From Octopus sinensis (lineage: Eukaryota), in assembly GCF_006345805.1 (NCBI RefSeq), contig NC_043001.1, positions 32,426,001-32,490,000 of the forward strand: a DNA stretch of 64,000 bases, given 5' to 3'. How positions within the stretch are numbered: position 1 is the stretch's first letter; each line of letters begins with the position of its first letter. The notes below the pieces were generated by a model. That model did not search any database, had not been told where the DNA came from, and saw only the letters and a list, made by a program, of their open reading frames with translations. Shown piece by piece: positions 1-11,594 of this stretch. Both the position numbers and the translations under genes were made by a program.

Positions 1-51
1 CCTTCCGGAATTCCTCATGAGAAGTGTGTGAGATCGGCCATGTCTCAAATG

Positions 52-253
52 CTAAAGAGGACAACAAACGTTAAGGCAAGGCAATCATCTCAAGACATAT
101 ACCTTATTATTTTTGGAAACAATAAAAAAAAATCTTACGGCTGTTTCTACGATATACCAGAAACAGCTCTAAGATTTTTACTTCTTTCTAAATAATAATA
201 ATGCTTATGACTTAAGATGTTTGCCTTGCCTTAAAGTTTGTTGTCCTCTTTAA
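52..253. repeat. Imperfect ~200-bp foldback (nested inverted repeat)
   Basis: TAAAGAGGACAACAAACGTTAAGGCAAGGCAATCATCTCAAG (52-95) is a near-exact reverse complement of ~211-253. The inner hairpin is AAATCTTACGGCTGTTTC / GAAACAGCTCTAAGATTT. Confidence 0.85.
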
Positions 254-427
254 CAATTATATATCCGCTATATCGGAAATATACAATGGCTCCATAACTA
301 CCGTCTCGGCTATAACCTTGGACGCCTGGTAATCCGTCATCAGCATTTAACTAGCGTACCTAATCGTTTTGATCACCTGTGAACTAGACCCCCATATTTT
401 GTGTGTGTGTATATATATACATATGTA

Positions 428-651
428 TGTAAAGTTAATCCAAACAAGAAAACACAGAAAAAAACACAGCAACGCGAGGACGTGGAACAATTAAAGTATT
501 ATTTGACGCTCAGGAAAGAAGGGAAGGAGGGTTTAACGTTTCGAGCGGAGCTCTTCGTCGGAAACAAAGGAGAAGGAAAAATCCCGAGAAGGGAAGACAG
601 AGGAAAAAATTTTTTTTGCTGGTGGTGCTCAAGAGATCACATGTTGAAAGG

Positions 652-655
<4 letters not shown>
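428..655 (-). mobile_element. Penelope-like terminal repeat fragment (family P1) inside (TA)n
   Basis: About 200 bp shared with 50376-50580, 52900-53050 and, in reverse, 63680-63865. Carries a hammerhead-like motif and is flanked by (TA)n. Confidence 0.7.
531..565 (-). ncRNA. Minimal hammerhead ribozyme-like motif, U4C core variant
   Basis: Minus strand reads GTTT-CCGACGA-A-GAGC-TCC-GCTC-GAAA-CG-TT-AAAC. Stem I is 4 bp, stem II is 4 bp, and stem III is palindromic (AACGTT). Confidence 0.6.
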
Positions 656-692
<37 letters not shown>

Positions 693-695
<3 letters not shown>

Positions 696-2050
696 CATTG
701 CAAAACCTCGTTAAGATAAGTATTTTTTTATATTTAAGATCTTTAAATTGTAAATTTTAATATTTGATAAGTCTTTGATGTAATAATATTTTTCTTATGT
801 AAATATCGTTGTTTATGTAATGATCTAATTATCGTAATTTTCTATATTATTAGATATTAAATTTAAGTTTATTCGTAAGATATTACTTAGCGATAGATTT
901 GTTGTTTGATAGCAAGTATACGAGGTGTCTAAGGTTAGGTTTTTGTATATACATGTATTAATAGTATTAATTGTAGTTTGAAATTTCTTATAATTAAAAT
1001 TAGATAAACTTTGATAAACTTAGATATGTTTCGACCAAAGATTGGTCCAGGTCATGTCTAACTTAATAGCATAACTTAGTTATTGTCTTTTTAAATTGAT
1101 ATTCGCTAGTTATTCCCATTGATAAGTATATTTATAGTATTTATAGTATTTATTCGATACTATATAACTACGAATTGATTATTTCTATAAGTATTTTAAA
1201 TAAGATTTCCGAAAGTTCGTTTAAGTTTGTTGGTTTGTATTTTTGAACTTAGCTATTTCATCTTTAAATATGAAAAATTAATTTATTAGGTCTTTATTAT
1301 ATGTGCATATATATTTATTTATAGAGATTATTTTAGATCTTAATTATAATATTTATATACATTTATATATTTTCATTGATAATTTATATATAATAGTCAT
1401 TTTTAAAAAAATATTTATGTAATTAGATATAGACTATTACCGATATTAGATTATAGGTGGGTTTCTTACCTTATAAATTAAAATTAATATTTAACATTAT
1501 AATCGATTTTGATATAATCATAATTGTTAAGTTTTAAGTTTCTAGTTTGATAATAGAGTTTATTATAAGTAAAATTATTATATTATATATATCTTTAAAA
1601 TATTGTTTAAATATTTCTGATTATTTAAAAAATATTTCAATTAATTTGAAGATTGACTGTAACTATAACTCGAATTATTTATTGAATTTAAATTATTGTT
1701 ATTCGAATTGGTACAGCCATGAAACGATCGTAGTGTTTTACTCTTTATCTTTTATTAAACTTTTAATACTTTTGATATTTATAAAAAAAAAATTAAAAAA
1801 ATAAAAACTAAATAAATAAATAAATTAATTAATAAATAAAATAATATATAAATTTAAAAATATACATACATACATATATATATTTGTATTTATATATTTA
1901 AAATTTATAAGTTTAAATTATTTAAATAATATTTTAATTTTAACTTTTATATTTTTAAATTAATTTTATGTATTGGCTTATGTTTTTCACTCTTTGATTT
2001 GCCTAATAGTGGTTTTATCTCTAATTTAATATAATTATATATATATAAAT
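693..2050. other. Extremely AT-rich, C-depleted segment ending in a Penelope-like terminal repeat fragment
   Basis: GC is about 20% or less. GAAACGATCGTAGTG (~1722-1736) and TTTATGTATTGGCTTA...TAATAGTGGTTTTATCTCTAATTTA (~1965-2030) match the element at 56110-56360. Confidence 0.5.
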
Positions 2051-3631
2051 CTATGACCCAAGGATCGAGGTATAGGAAGGAAGTGAGCTTCAAGCAATCC
2101 TTAGAGAATATAAAAATTCAAATTTTTGTAATCTAGTTACATGTTTTCACAGGAAATGTGTCAAGGCCGACAAGAAGCGTCGATGATTCCTAGGGCTAAA
2201 CAGCGGTGAGGTAATTCCCTTTACGGGACTGTTACGTTAAGTTGACAGTATACAACCACTCTATCGGTCCACCACCGCGCATATCTCTATGAGATATTTA
2301 GAAATTTAATATTTCTGAAAATTCATTTTGTTTTTTATTTATGATTTGGTTTATGTCTATCATTGTTTGAATTGCATAATGGAGATGTCTTCACAAATTT
2401 CTATTTTATAGATTTATATTGTGAAATTTGATTTAGTACTAAATTGAATTTTTCCCTGTAAGTTTGGGGTTATACTCCCTATTATTAGTATTATGATTAT
2501 TATTATATAAATATTAATGCTTACAACCGCATCCAACGGTGTTGATTTGTTTGTATTTCACGTCTTTTTCTTCATACCAAGCAGCTTATATTTTCTTATG
2601 CTCCCACCACAATATTTTTTTTTGACTGTACTCCTTCACAATGCGTGTACATTTGTTTCTCTTATTATGAATGGTAAATCCGAAACTGAAATCACGCCTT
2701 TAAGAGAAAAAGACCAAACCAATTGTAAAATCAGCAGATTGCTTGAGAGAAGATTATTGATTGTAGGCACATGAATAAAGTACAACTGCTTTGGAAAAAG
2801 TGGTAAAATATGGATAATAAAAAAATGCTGCAAGTGTTTATATATTTTATTAATTGAGTATCCCCAAACATTACAATGCTGATTTCAATACACAATTACA
2901 TATAAATTCTTGCATAACAAATTCAGAATTGAATTACACACAAGTATAAGTCCAGACCACTGTATACATCACATGCATACACATTGATATTTATGTTCAT
3001 TCACTATAATGTCCTTAGTTTTTCAGTCCCTGTCACCTTTTCCTCTTTCTCGTCCTTATTTCTCACTCTCTCCATCTGCTTTGCCAATTACTTTCCCTAT
3101 ATCCCCGTTTGTGTCTGTACCTCTTTTCCTTCTATACTACACTTCAAGTTTCTTTTTGCACCAAGCCAGCCATGTAAACAAATGTTGTAAAACTGGTATC
3201 GTTCCTATTTCCTTTTCTCTCAATTTCCCAACTTGTTTTTTTACTTCCCTTCCCTAAAGACCACAGCCTGAAATACTGTGTCATCTTCCATTTATTTCAT
3301 TTAGCATATTAATTTTCATTACGCACATTCTGAAAAGTTTACATCATTAAAAATTTTATTTTTTCAAACAAAAAATGTAAATGAAATGCATGTGATATCA
3401 TTTCTGTTGGATTAATATTGTAATAAAAAATAGGTAAGTTTTAATTCAAAAAGAAATTATCCTGTGCGGTTTTTCCTATTTTCTTTTAGCACTTTTAAAA
3501 TTTTATTTGCACCAAATTTGCTTAGACCCTAATGTATAAAAACTCATTTTGAGCAAGTTAAACTAAGGAGGCAAAGAAAATAAAAAAAGAACAATATGAT
3601 GTTGTTGATTGATGGTCACAATAATGAAGAA

Positions 3632-3632
<1 letters not shown>

Positions 3633-3662
<30 letters not shown>

Positions 3663-3713
3663 AAGAAGAAGAAGAAGAAGAAGAAGAAGAAGAAGAAGAA
3701 GAAGAAGAAGAAG

Positions 3714-3742
<29 letters not shown>
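3633..3742 (+). repeat. (AAG)n microsatellite starting a purine-rich (GA)n tract to ~4810
   Basis: Pure AAG array read directly. The poly-Leu ORF on the minus strand is its translation. Confidence 0.97.
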
Positions 3743-3745
<3 letters not shown>

Positions 3746-4472
3746 GTAGTACTAACGGAAAATAACAAAGGACGAAAATAAGATCAAAGGAAATGAAAAA
3801 AAGAAAGAAAGAAATCATGAATGAATGAGAGAACGAACGAAAGAATGAATATGAATGAGTGAATGAATGAATGGAAGGAGATGCAGCAAGGTACGCAGGG
3901 GTAAACGAAAGAGGGAATTAAAACACCAAGAAATAGAAGGAACCTATAGAAAGACAGAAAAAAAAAAAAAAAACAGAAAAAAAGTGAAGGGAAAAAGGTG
4001 CTAAATAATGTGACTGAATGATCGTGGAAAATCAGGGAGAGAGAGAGAGAGAGAGAGAGTGAGACAGAGAGTGAGTGGAAGAGCGATGAGTAGAGATGTA
4101 GGCTGATCAAAGGAGAAAGTGTGTGAGTGTGAGAAAGACATTATGTGAGACAGGAAGAGAGAAAGAGAGAGATGGAGAGAGAGAGGAATAGTAAGAGAAG
4201 GAAGACATATATATATATACATATATATTTAGAGTGAGAGATGAAAGAGACAGAGGAAGAGAGAGGTTAAGAGCATAGTGAAATAATAGGGGAATAATAG
4301 TAAAAGGAGGGGAATAGGAAATGATAAAGATAAAAGAGAGAGAGGGGAAAGAAGTGTGTGGGGAAGAGAGAGAAAGAGATACGAGAGAAAGAGGGAAAGA
4401 GATATGGGAGAAAGAGAAGAGGCAGTAGAAGCGAAAGTGAATGTGTTTGAGATGTGTGTGAGTATATATATC

Positions 4473-4516
<44 letters not shown>

Positions 4517-4756
4517 TAAAGAGAGAAGAAGCAAGAGAAGAAAAATTCCTTTCGTGAATACATAACATGTGAGCTTGGTCAGCTGATCGAGGTGCGTGTG
4601 TATGTCTTTGAGTGAGTGATGGAGTCCGTGTGCTTTTATATGTGAGTGTGAATGTGCGTGTGTGTGTGAGAGAGAGAGAGAGAAAGAAAGTGAAAGAGAG
4701 TAATAGGGAACGACGAAGAGAGAGAGAGAGAGGGACTAAGAAGGAGAGAGAAACAG

Positions 4757-4809
<53 letters not shown>

Positions 4810-4960
4810 GAGGTAATCTGGTAGTTTTATCTGGGTTGCGGTGAATCCCGGGCACACGGTGTGAGCTGAGCACATGATGAGAATGTGTGTGTGTGCATGT
4901 ATCAGAACCTCTGTGTACTTCTATGAAAGAGCTTATGTGGATGTGTGCGTGCGTATAAGC

Positions 4961-4962
<2 letters not shown>

Positions 4963-5040
<78 letters not shown>

Positions 5041-5372
5041 GTCTATCTACCTCTCTCTCTCTCTGTATATATATATATATACATACACACACACACACAA
5101 CATATATATATATATATATATAAATACATAATACATACTTCTGTGGATGTATATGTGTATACACATACACACATATATATATATACACCCACAACACCAC
5201 ACACACACACATATATATATACACGTCTGTGATGTATGTGTATATATATGTATATAAATATATAGAGAGGAATATATGTGTGTATACATACGTACAATAT
5301 AATGTATATTATATATATATATCTATGTATCTATATATATATATATATATATGTAGGTATATATATATATAT

Positions 5373-5409
<37 letters not shown>

Positions 5410-7672
5410 TAGATAGATACTTGCATACATACATGTGTATGTATGTATGTTTGTATGTATATGTCGTGTGTGTGTGTGTTTGCGTGTGTACATATAGGTA
5501 TATATATATGAGTATGTGTGTGTACAACTTATATTGTCTGAGTTTCTGTGCACTAGTTTGCGTAGGTGTCTGACTTAACTAGTATGTAGGTGTATGTATT
5601 TGTGTATGTGTGAGTGTATCATAGAATATCCGTACTAGAATAAGTGTGCCCGTGCGTGTGTGAGTGCGTCTGCGTATTATAGTGTACATGTTGTTTTGGC
5701 ACTAGGTGTGTGTATGTGTTTGTGTATGAGTGCATGTTGAATAGTAAGTTTGCGTGGGAGTTATGTAAGAGAGTATGTCCGTGTGCGTTAGTGTTTGCGT
5801 ATTATTGTGTCCGTGCTTTAGTTTATAGATAAGTTTGTGTGTGTGTGTGTGTGTATGTGTGTGTGTGTCTGTGTGTGTGAGATTGTAAGGTAAGTGTGTG
5901 TGCGTGTGTGTGTGTGCGTATGTGTCTGTGCGATTGTAAGGTAAGTTTGTGAGGCGATGTGTGTCGATGTATACGTGAGATGGAGTACTTGCTAGAGTGT
6001 GTGATTTGTGTGTGTGTGCATGTGTGTGTGTGTGCGTGTGTGCGTGCGTGTGTGTAATTGTAAGGTAAGTGTGTGAGGCGATGTGCGTCGATGTATACGT
6101 GAGATGGAGTGCTTGCTAGAATGTGTGCTTTGTGTGTGCGTATGTATGTGTGTGTGTGCGCGTATGTATGCATGCGTGTGAGTGTGTGTGGTGTGTGTAT
6201 GTGTGATTGTAAGGTAAGTTTGTGAAACGATGTGTGTCGATGTATACGTGAGATGGAGTGCTTGCTAGAGTGTGTGTGCTTTGTGTGTGTGCGTGTGTGT
6301 GTCTGCGTGTGCGTGTGTGTATGTGTGTGTGTGTGTGTGTGTGGCCTGTGTATTCTTGTAATTTTAGTGTATGTAGAGATGTGTATGCCAGCGTTTGTGT
6401 TAGTACTTGAGTGTGTATATTAATTTGAGTGTGTGTGTGTGTGTGTGAGAGAGAGAAGAGAGAGAAAGAAAGAAAGAAAGAGAGAAGGGAAGAGAGAGAG
6501 GATGCGTTCGAGTCTAGGTGTATGTGAATACACATTTGTAGGTCTAAGTATGTATTAAGGCAAGTGCGATTTTTTAAGTGCGAGACCCTCCGTGTTTTAA
6601 TGTGTGTGTGTGTGTGTGTGAAGGTACCTGTTTGAGTGTGGCTAAATATGAAAATATGCTTGTGTGTGTGCGTGTGGATAGGTTTTTGTGTATGTATGCG
6701 CGCGTGTGTGTATGTGTATTTGCGAGTTGGAGTATGCGTTTGAATGCAGGTTTGTGTGTGTGTGTGTGTGTGTGTTTGTGTAAGGGTTACTTGTTTGAGT
6801 GTGGTTTGAATGTGAAAGGACGTTTGTGAGTATGTGTTGTGTGTGTGTGTTGTGGTGTGTGTGTGTGTGTGTGTGTATGCTCGAGTGTGTGTTAGTGTAT
6901 TTGCGAACTAGAGTATGCTTTTGAATGTGAGGTATGTGCGTGTGTGCGTGTGTGCATGAGATTTTGTGTGAGTTCGAGTATATGCTTGAGTGTAGATGTG
7001 TGTCAATAGATGCTTGTGTGAGTGCGTGTGTGTCAGTGGCTCAAAATATATTTGAGTGTACGTGTGTTTGTAGATAGATATTTATGTGTGTGTTTATCTG
7101 TTAGAAAACGTGTTTGAAAGTAAATGTGTGTTAACAGATATCTGAGTATATGAATGTATGTGTGCGTACGATTGCATGTGGTTGAGTGTAGGTATCTATG
7201 TAGTCAGGTGTTTGTGTATGCGTGTGTAATAATATATCTGAGTGCTGATGTGTGTTTGAGTGAGAGTGTGTGTGTGTGTGTGTGAGTGTGTGTGAGTGTG
7301 TGTGTGTGCGTGTGTGTGTGTGTGCAAGTGGATGTGCAGATAAATGTTCGAATGTGAGTGAGAGCTTATGTGAATTGGAGTATGTTTAATTGCAGGTGTG
7401 TGTGTAGAAAGATTATTCTCTGTGTGTGTATGCATGTGTGTGCATGTTTTTGTGTGTATCTGTGTGTGTGTTAACGCGTGCGTGTGTGTATGTGTGTACA
7501 CGCATGTGTGTGTGTCTATGTGTGTTTGTGTGTGTAAATGTTCCAATATTATATGTGTGCTTTTATGAATTGCAGTGTTTCAATATAGGTGTGCATATGA
7601 AAGGTACTGCATGTATGTGTCCTTCTGTGTGTGTATATGTGTGTGAGCGTGTGTGAGTGTGTGTGTGTGTGT

Positions 7673-7711
<39 letters not shown>

Positions 7712-8222
7712 GTTCTTACATGCATGTATGCTCGTAGGAATTACACTCAATATACGTTTACATATGGCAAGATAGTGTAAGAGAGTCTGTGTATTTTGGC
7801 GTATGTTATAGTATGTATTAGGGGTGTAGTAGATTTATGTTTAACAGTGTATGTGTGTATTTGTGTGTGTCAGAGCATATGTTTGTGTGTAGGCGTGCAG
7901 TAGATAGTGTTGACATTTAAACTAGGCCTGCACTTAGTTATTGTAAGGCAATCCAGCCATGACCATCTCATCTGTGTTTCTATATACAGTTGATCCAGGA
8001 CCATGTTATCCAATATGGTAGTTTGGTGATTCGATACGGAGAAGGAGATCAGACTGCTATTTCTAACATGTGGAATTACCACATACTGGCTCCGTCGTTA
8101 AAGCCTGCCTTATATGTTTGTGATGTCAGTGGGTGTGTAAAGGGTATATATATATATATATATTGGTCTGTCTGTCTTGCTATCTCTCTTTCTCGCTCTA
8201 TATCTGTGTGTGTGTGTATATG

Positions 8223-8254
<32 letters not shown>

Positions 8255-8311
8255 TGTATGTATGTATGTATGTATGTATGTATATATATATAATATATAC
8301 ATATAAAATAC

Positions 8312-8361
<50 letters not shown>

Positions 8362-8427
8362 TATTATATATATAATATAGATAGATATATAGATATTAGA
8401 TAGATAGATAGATAGATAGATATACAG

Positions 8428-8475
<48 letters not shown>

Positions 8476-8520
8476 GAATATATATAACAAACACACACAC
8501 ACATACATATATATATTAAG
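4963..8520 (+). repeat. Compound microsatellite field: (TATC)n, (TA)n, ~2.5 kb degenerate (TG)n, (TATG)n, (GATA)n
   Basis: Read directly from the sequence. Confidence 0.95.
5880..6275 (+). repeat. Higher-order minisatellite unit embedded in (TG)n
   Basis: GATTGTAAGGTAAGT(G/T)TGTGAGGCGATGTG(C/T)GTCGATGTATACGTGAGATGGAGT(G/A)CTTGCTAGA occurs 3 times (~5932, 6056, 6205) plus a partial copy at 5881. Confidence 0.9.
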
Positions 8521-8830
8521 GTGTGTATATATGTATATAAAGATGTGTATGGGTATGCATATAGATGTGTAAAATAAAATACATAAATGTGTACAGAAGT
8601 GTGTTAGAGCCTGTGTACAAAAGTGTGAATGAATATACGTGCGTGTGCGCGTCAGAGGGTCAGTGTTATTTATGAGGTTGCTCTAGTCGTTACTTTTGTT
8701 GTTTAGCTCTGCTCACTTCTGGTGGAACAGACACGCCAACCATGCCCACCACGTCATTTGGAGATAGCTAACACTATATTATTCACTGTTGTTTTTGCTT
8801 GTTTTTGCTTGTTTAAGATGTCAGTGATAC

Positions 8831-9244
8831 GAGATGGCAGAAACGTTATAGCACGCCGGGCGAAATACTTAGCGGTATTTCGTCTGCTGCTACGTTCTGA
8901 GTTCAAATTCCGCCGAGGTCGGCTTTGCCCTTCATCCTTTCGGGGTCGATTAAATATGTACCAGTTACACACTGGAGTCGATATAATCGACTTAATCGGT
9001 TTGTCTGTCCTTGTTTGTCCCCTCTATGTTTAGCCCATTGTGGGTAGTAAAGAAATAAGTATTTCGTCTGTGTTTACTTTCTGAGTTCAAATTCCGCCGA
9101 AGCCGACTTTGCCTTTCATCCTTTTGGGGGTCGATAAATTAAGTACCAGTTACGCACTGGGGTCGATGTAATCGACTTAATCTCTTTGTCTGTCCTTGTT
9201 TGTCCTTTCTCCGCTTAGCCCCTTGTGTGCAATAAAGAAATAAG
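8831..9244 (+). mobile_element. SINE family B, head plus two tandem body units
   Basis: Head GGCAGAAACGTT..GCACGCCGGGCGAAAT, then two ~184-bp units starting TATTTCGTCTG (8876, 9060) and containing GCCTTTCATCCTTTCGGGGTCGAT. Confidence 0.9.
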
Positions 9245-9699
9245 ATTTCAGTGTATGTTTGGCGAAGAAATAGTCTACTATTTCTAGCATGGTGGGCGAC
9301 CATGCTAGGGCCTCGTCTTCGTATTCGAATAACTCTCTGTGCGTATGTGTGTGTGTGTACGTATGTGTGTGTGTGTGTGTGCGTGTGCGTGTGTGTGTGT
9401 GGATGTATGTTGGTGTTTGGGAATCCGTGTTAGTGTGTATGTTAGAGTATACGTATATATGCGCGTGCGCGTATAGATGGATGTTGTTGGTATGTGGTGG
9501 GGTTGCACAGGGTATACTGCAGTATAGCTGTGTGTATGGTGGAGCCTATGGCTGCTATTAATGTGTATGTGACGATGGGTATTCATGTGTTTGCGTGAGT
9601 GTACATACATACGCAACATACACGCATCTTATATACACACACAAATGATATATATATCATTTTCTACAGGCATTAAATTATTGAATTCAAATTTTGGCA

Positions 9700-10028
9700 A
9701 ATGGCCAGCAATTTTCGGGGACTTAGATAAGACGATTACATCGATACCATTGTTCACCAAGTATTGTATCAACCCAAAATTGATAAAAATATAAAGTCGA
9801 CCTCGGCGGGATTTGAACTCAGAAAGTAAATACGTACGGAACACCGCTAAGCATTTTGCCCTATGTGCTAATGATTCTTGCAGCTCTCTCCACATCTAGC
9901 CTGCATTGAAATAATGATTCCAGGGTCAGCAATTTCGGAAGAGAGTTAAGTTGTGTTTGACTGGTATTTATTTTATCGATCCCGAAGAGATGAAAAGTTT
10001 TGTCGACCTCAGCGGAATTTGTAGTCAG
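9700..10028 (-). mobile_element. SINE family B fragments (two, degraded)
   Basis: AAAGTCGACCTCGGCGGGATTTGAACTCAGAA and GTCGACCTCAGCGGAATTTG are reverse complements of the family B body. Confidence 0.8.
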
Positions 10029-10630
10029 AAGGCGGCGAGCTGGCAGAAACGTTAGCACGCCGGGTGAAATTTTTCGCGGTATTTCGTCTGCCGTTACGTT
10101 CTGAGTTCAAATTCCGCCGAGGTCGACTTTGCCTTTCATCCTTTCGGGGTCGATTAAATACGTACCACTTACGCACTGGGGTCGATGTAATCGACTTAAT
10201 CCGTTTGTCCGTCCTTGTTTGTCCCCTCTATGTTTAGCCCCTTGTGGGTAGTAAAGAAATAGGTATTTCGTTTGCCGTTACGTTCTGAGTTCAAATTCAG
10301 CCGAGGTCGACTTTGCCTTTCATCCTTTCTGGGTCGATTAAATAAGTACTAGTTACGCACTGGGGTCGATGTAATCGACTTAATCCGTTTGTCTGTCCTT
10401 GTTTGTCCCCTCTGTGTTTAGACCCTTTGGGTAGTAAAGAAATAGGTATTTCGTCTGCCGTTACGTTCTGAGTTCAAATTACGCCGAGGTCAACTTTGCC
10501 TTTCATCCTTTCGGGGTCGATAAATTAAGTACCATTTACGCACTAGGATCGATGTAATCGACTTAATCTGTTTGTCTGTCCTTGTTTGTCACCTTTATTT
10601 ATAGTCCCTTTTGGGCAATAAAGAAATAAG
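10029..10630 (+). mobile_element. SINE family B, head plus three tandem body units
   Basis: Head AAGGCGGCGAGCTGGCAGAAACGTTAGCACGCCGGG. Units start at 10080, 10264 and 10447 with junction AAAGAAATAGG|TATTTCGT. Confidence 0.95.
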
Positions 10631-10920
10631 AAACTAAAAACGTACGAAATATTGCTAAACATTTTGCTCTCTATATTAACAATTCTGCCAGCTCGCCGTC
10701 TGAACCAGCATTAAAATATTCTTTTCTACTCTGGGTTCATGGCCCGAAATTTTTGCGGAGGGGGCCAGTCGATTAGATTGACCCCAGTAAACACGCAGAT
10801 ACTGGTACTTAATTTATCGATCCTGAAATGATGAAAGGCAACGTCAACCCCGGCGGAATTTGAGCTCAGAATTTGAGCACAAAGACAGACGAAATATCGC
10901 TAAGCATTTCGCCCCGCTAT
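10631..10920 (-). mobile_element. SINE family B fragments with alternative tail Y
   Basis: CTGGTACTTAATTTATCGATCCTGAAATGATGAAAGGCAACGTCAACC is the reversed body. TTTTCTACTCTGGG..GGCCCGAAATTTTTG is reversed tail Y. Confidence 0.75.
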
Positions 10921-10974
10921 CAACATTACAATATTAAAATGCATATTTACTCATGTATTGATTTCTGTTTGCCC

Positions 10975-11004
10975 TGTTGTTGTTGTAGTTGTTGTTGCTG
11001 CTGC

Positions 11005-11044
<40 letters not shown>

Positions 11045-11105
11045 GCTGCTGCTGTTGTTGTTGTTGTTGTTGTTGTTCTTCTTCTTCTTCTTCTTCTTTT
11101 TCTTC
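10975..11105 (+). repeat. (GTT)n/(GCT)n/(CTT)n compound microsatellite
   Basis: Read directly from the sequence. Confidence 0.95.
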
Positions 11106-11420
11106 TTCTTTCAATGAAGACTCACACCATTAGCCACAAAGAATAATCTCTTATTCGAGCCTATTCTAAACTACTAAGAATGTGTTCGGCAACTTGAAGA
11201 TCCACCCACCGCAAGTGATAGACTGGCGGTTGCACGGGGGCGAAAGCTACGTTGTTATCCTCATTCCGTAAACGGTGGCTTTTGACAGGTGGAGAGCTAA
11301 ACCATCCTGGGGTACAGAGGATTCGCAATCTAGATTAGGGTCTGCATTTACAACTATATTTAATGCATTTTGGAACTGAATTCATACTATGTGAGATTAA
11401 CAGCGCTGTGTCCGGTACAC

Positions 11421-11463
<43 letters not shown>

Positions 11464-11594
11464 GATATGAGATGTTTTGGTATCCAGAAGACCTAAAATG
11501 GTAGGTAAGGCTGTGTATGTGCTACGGAAGGACCGTAGTTAGACTTACGGTTCAATAATAGTGAGTAAGGAGTCTAATGCGGGTCGTGTGTGAG

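Noticed and set aside
290-345. CTGATGA on the minus strand as a hammerhead
   Set aside because: It is followed by GAGA rather than GAAA, and stem I cannot be paired.
1655-1740. GTAACTATAAC resembling large-subunit rRNA
   Set aside because: Only an 11-nt match. The flanking conserved rRNA words (GGTCCTAAGGTAGCG) are absent.
2530-2699. Possible minus-strand exon (TTTTTCTCTTAAAG acceptor, GTT|GTAAGC donor)
   Set aside because: All three frames contain stops and no protein similarity is recognisable. A non-coding exon cannot be excluded without RNA data.
10080-10630. SINE B tandem units as a CRISPR array or ribozyme-bearing retrozyme
   Set aside because: Units are ~184-bp full repeats without unique spacers, the DNA is eukaryotic, and I found no CUGANGA/GAAA core in either strand of the unit.
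11160-11350. GC-richer unique stretch as an exon
   Set aside because: Short open frames only, no convincing splice pair and no recognisable motif.
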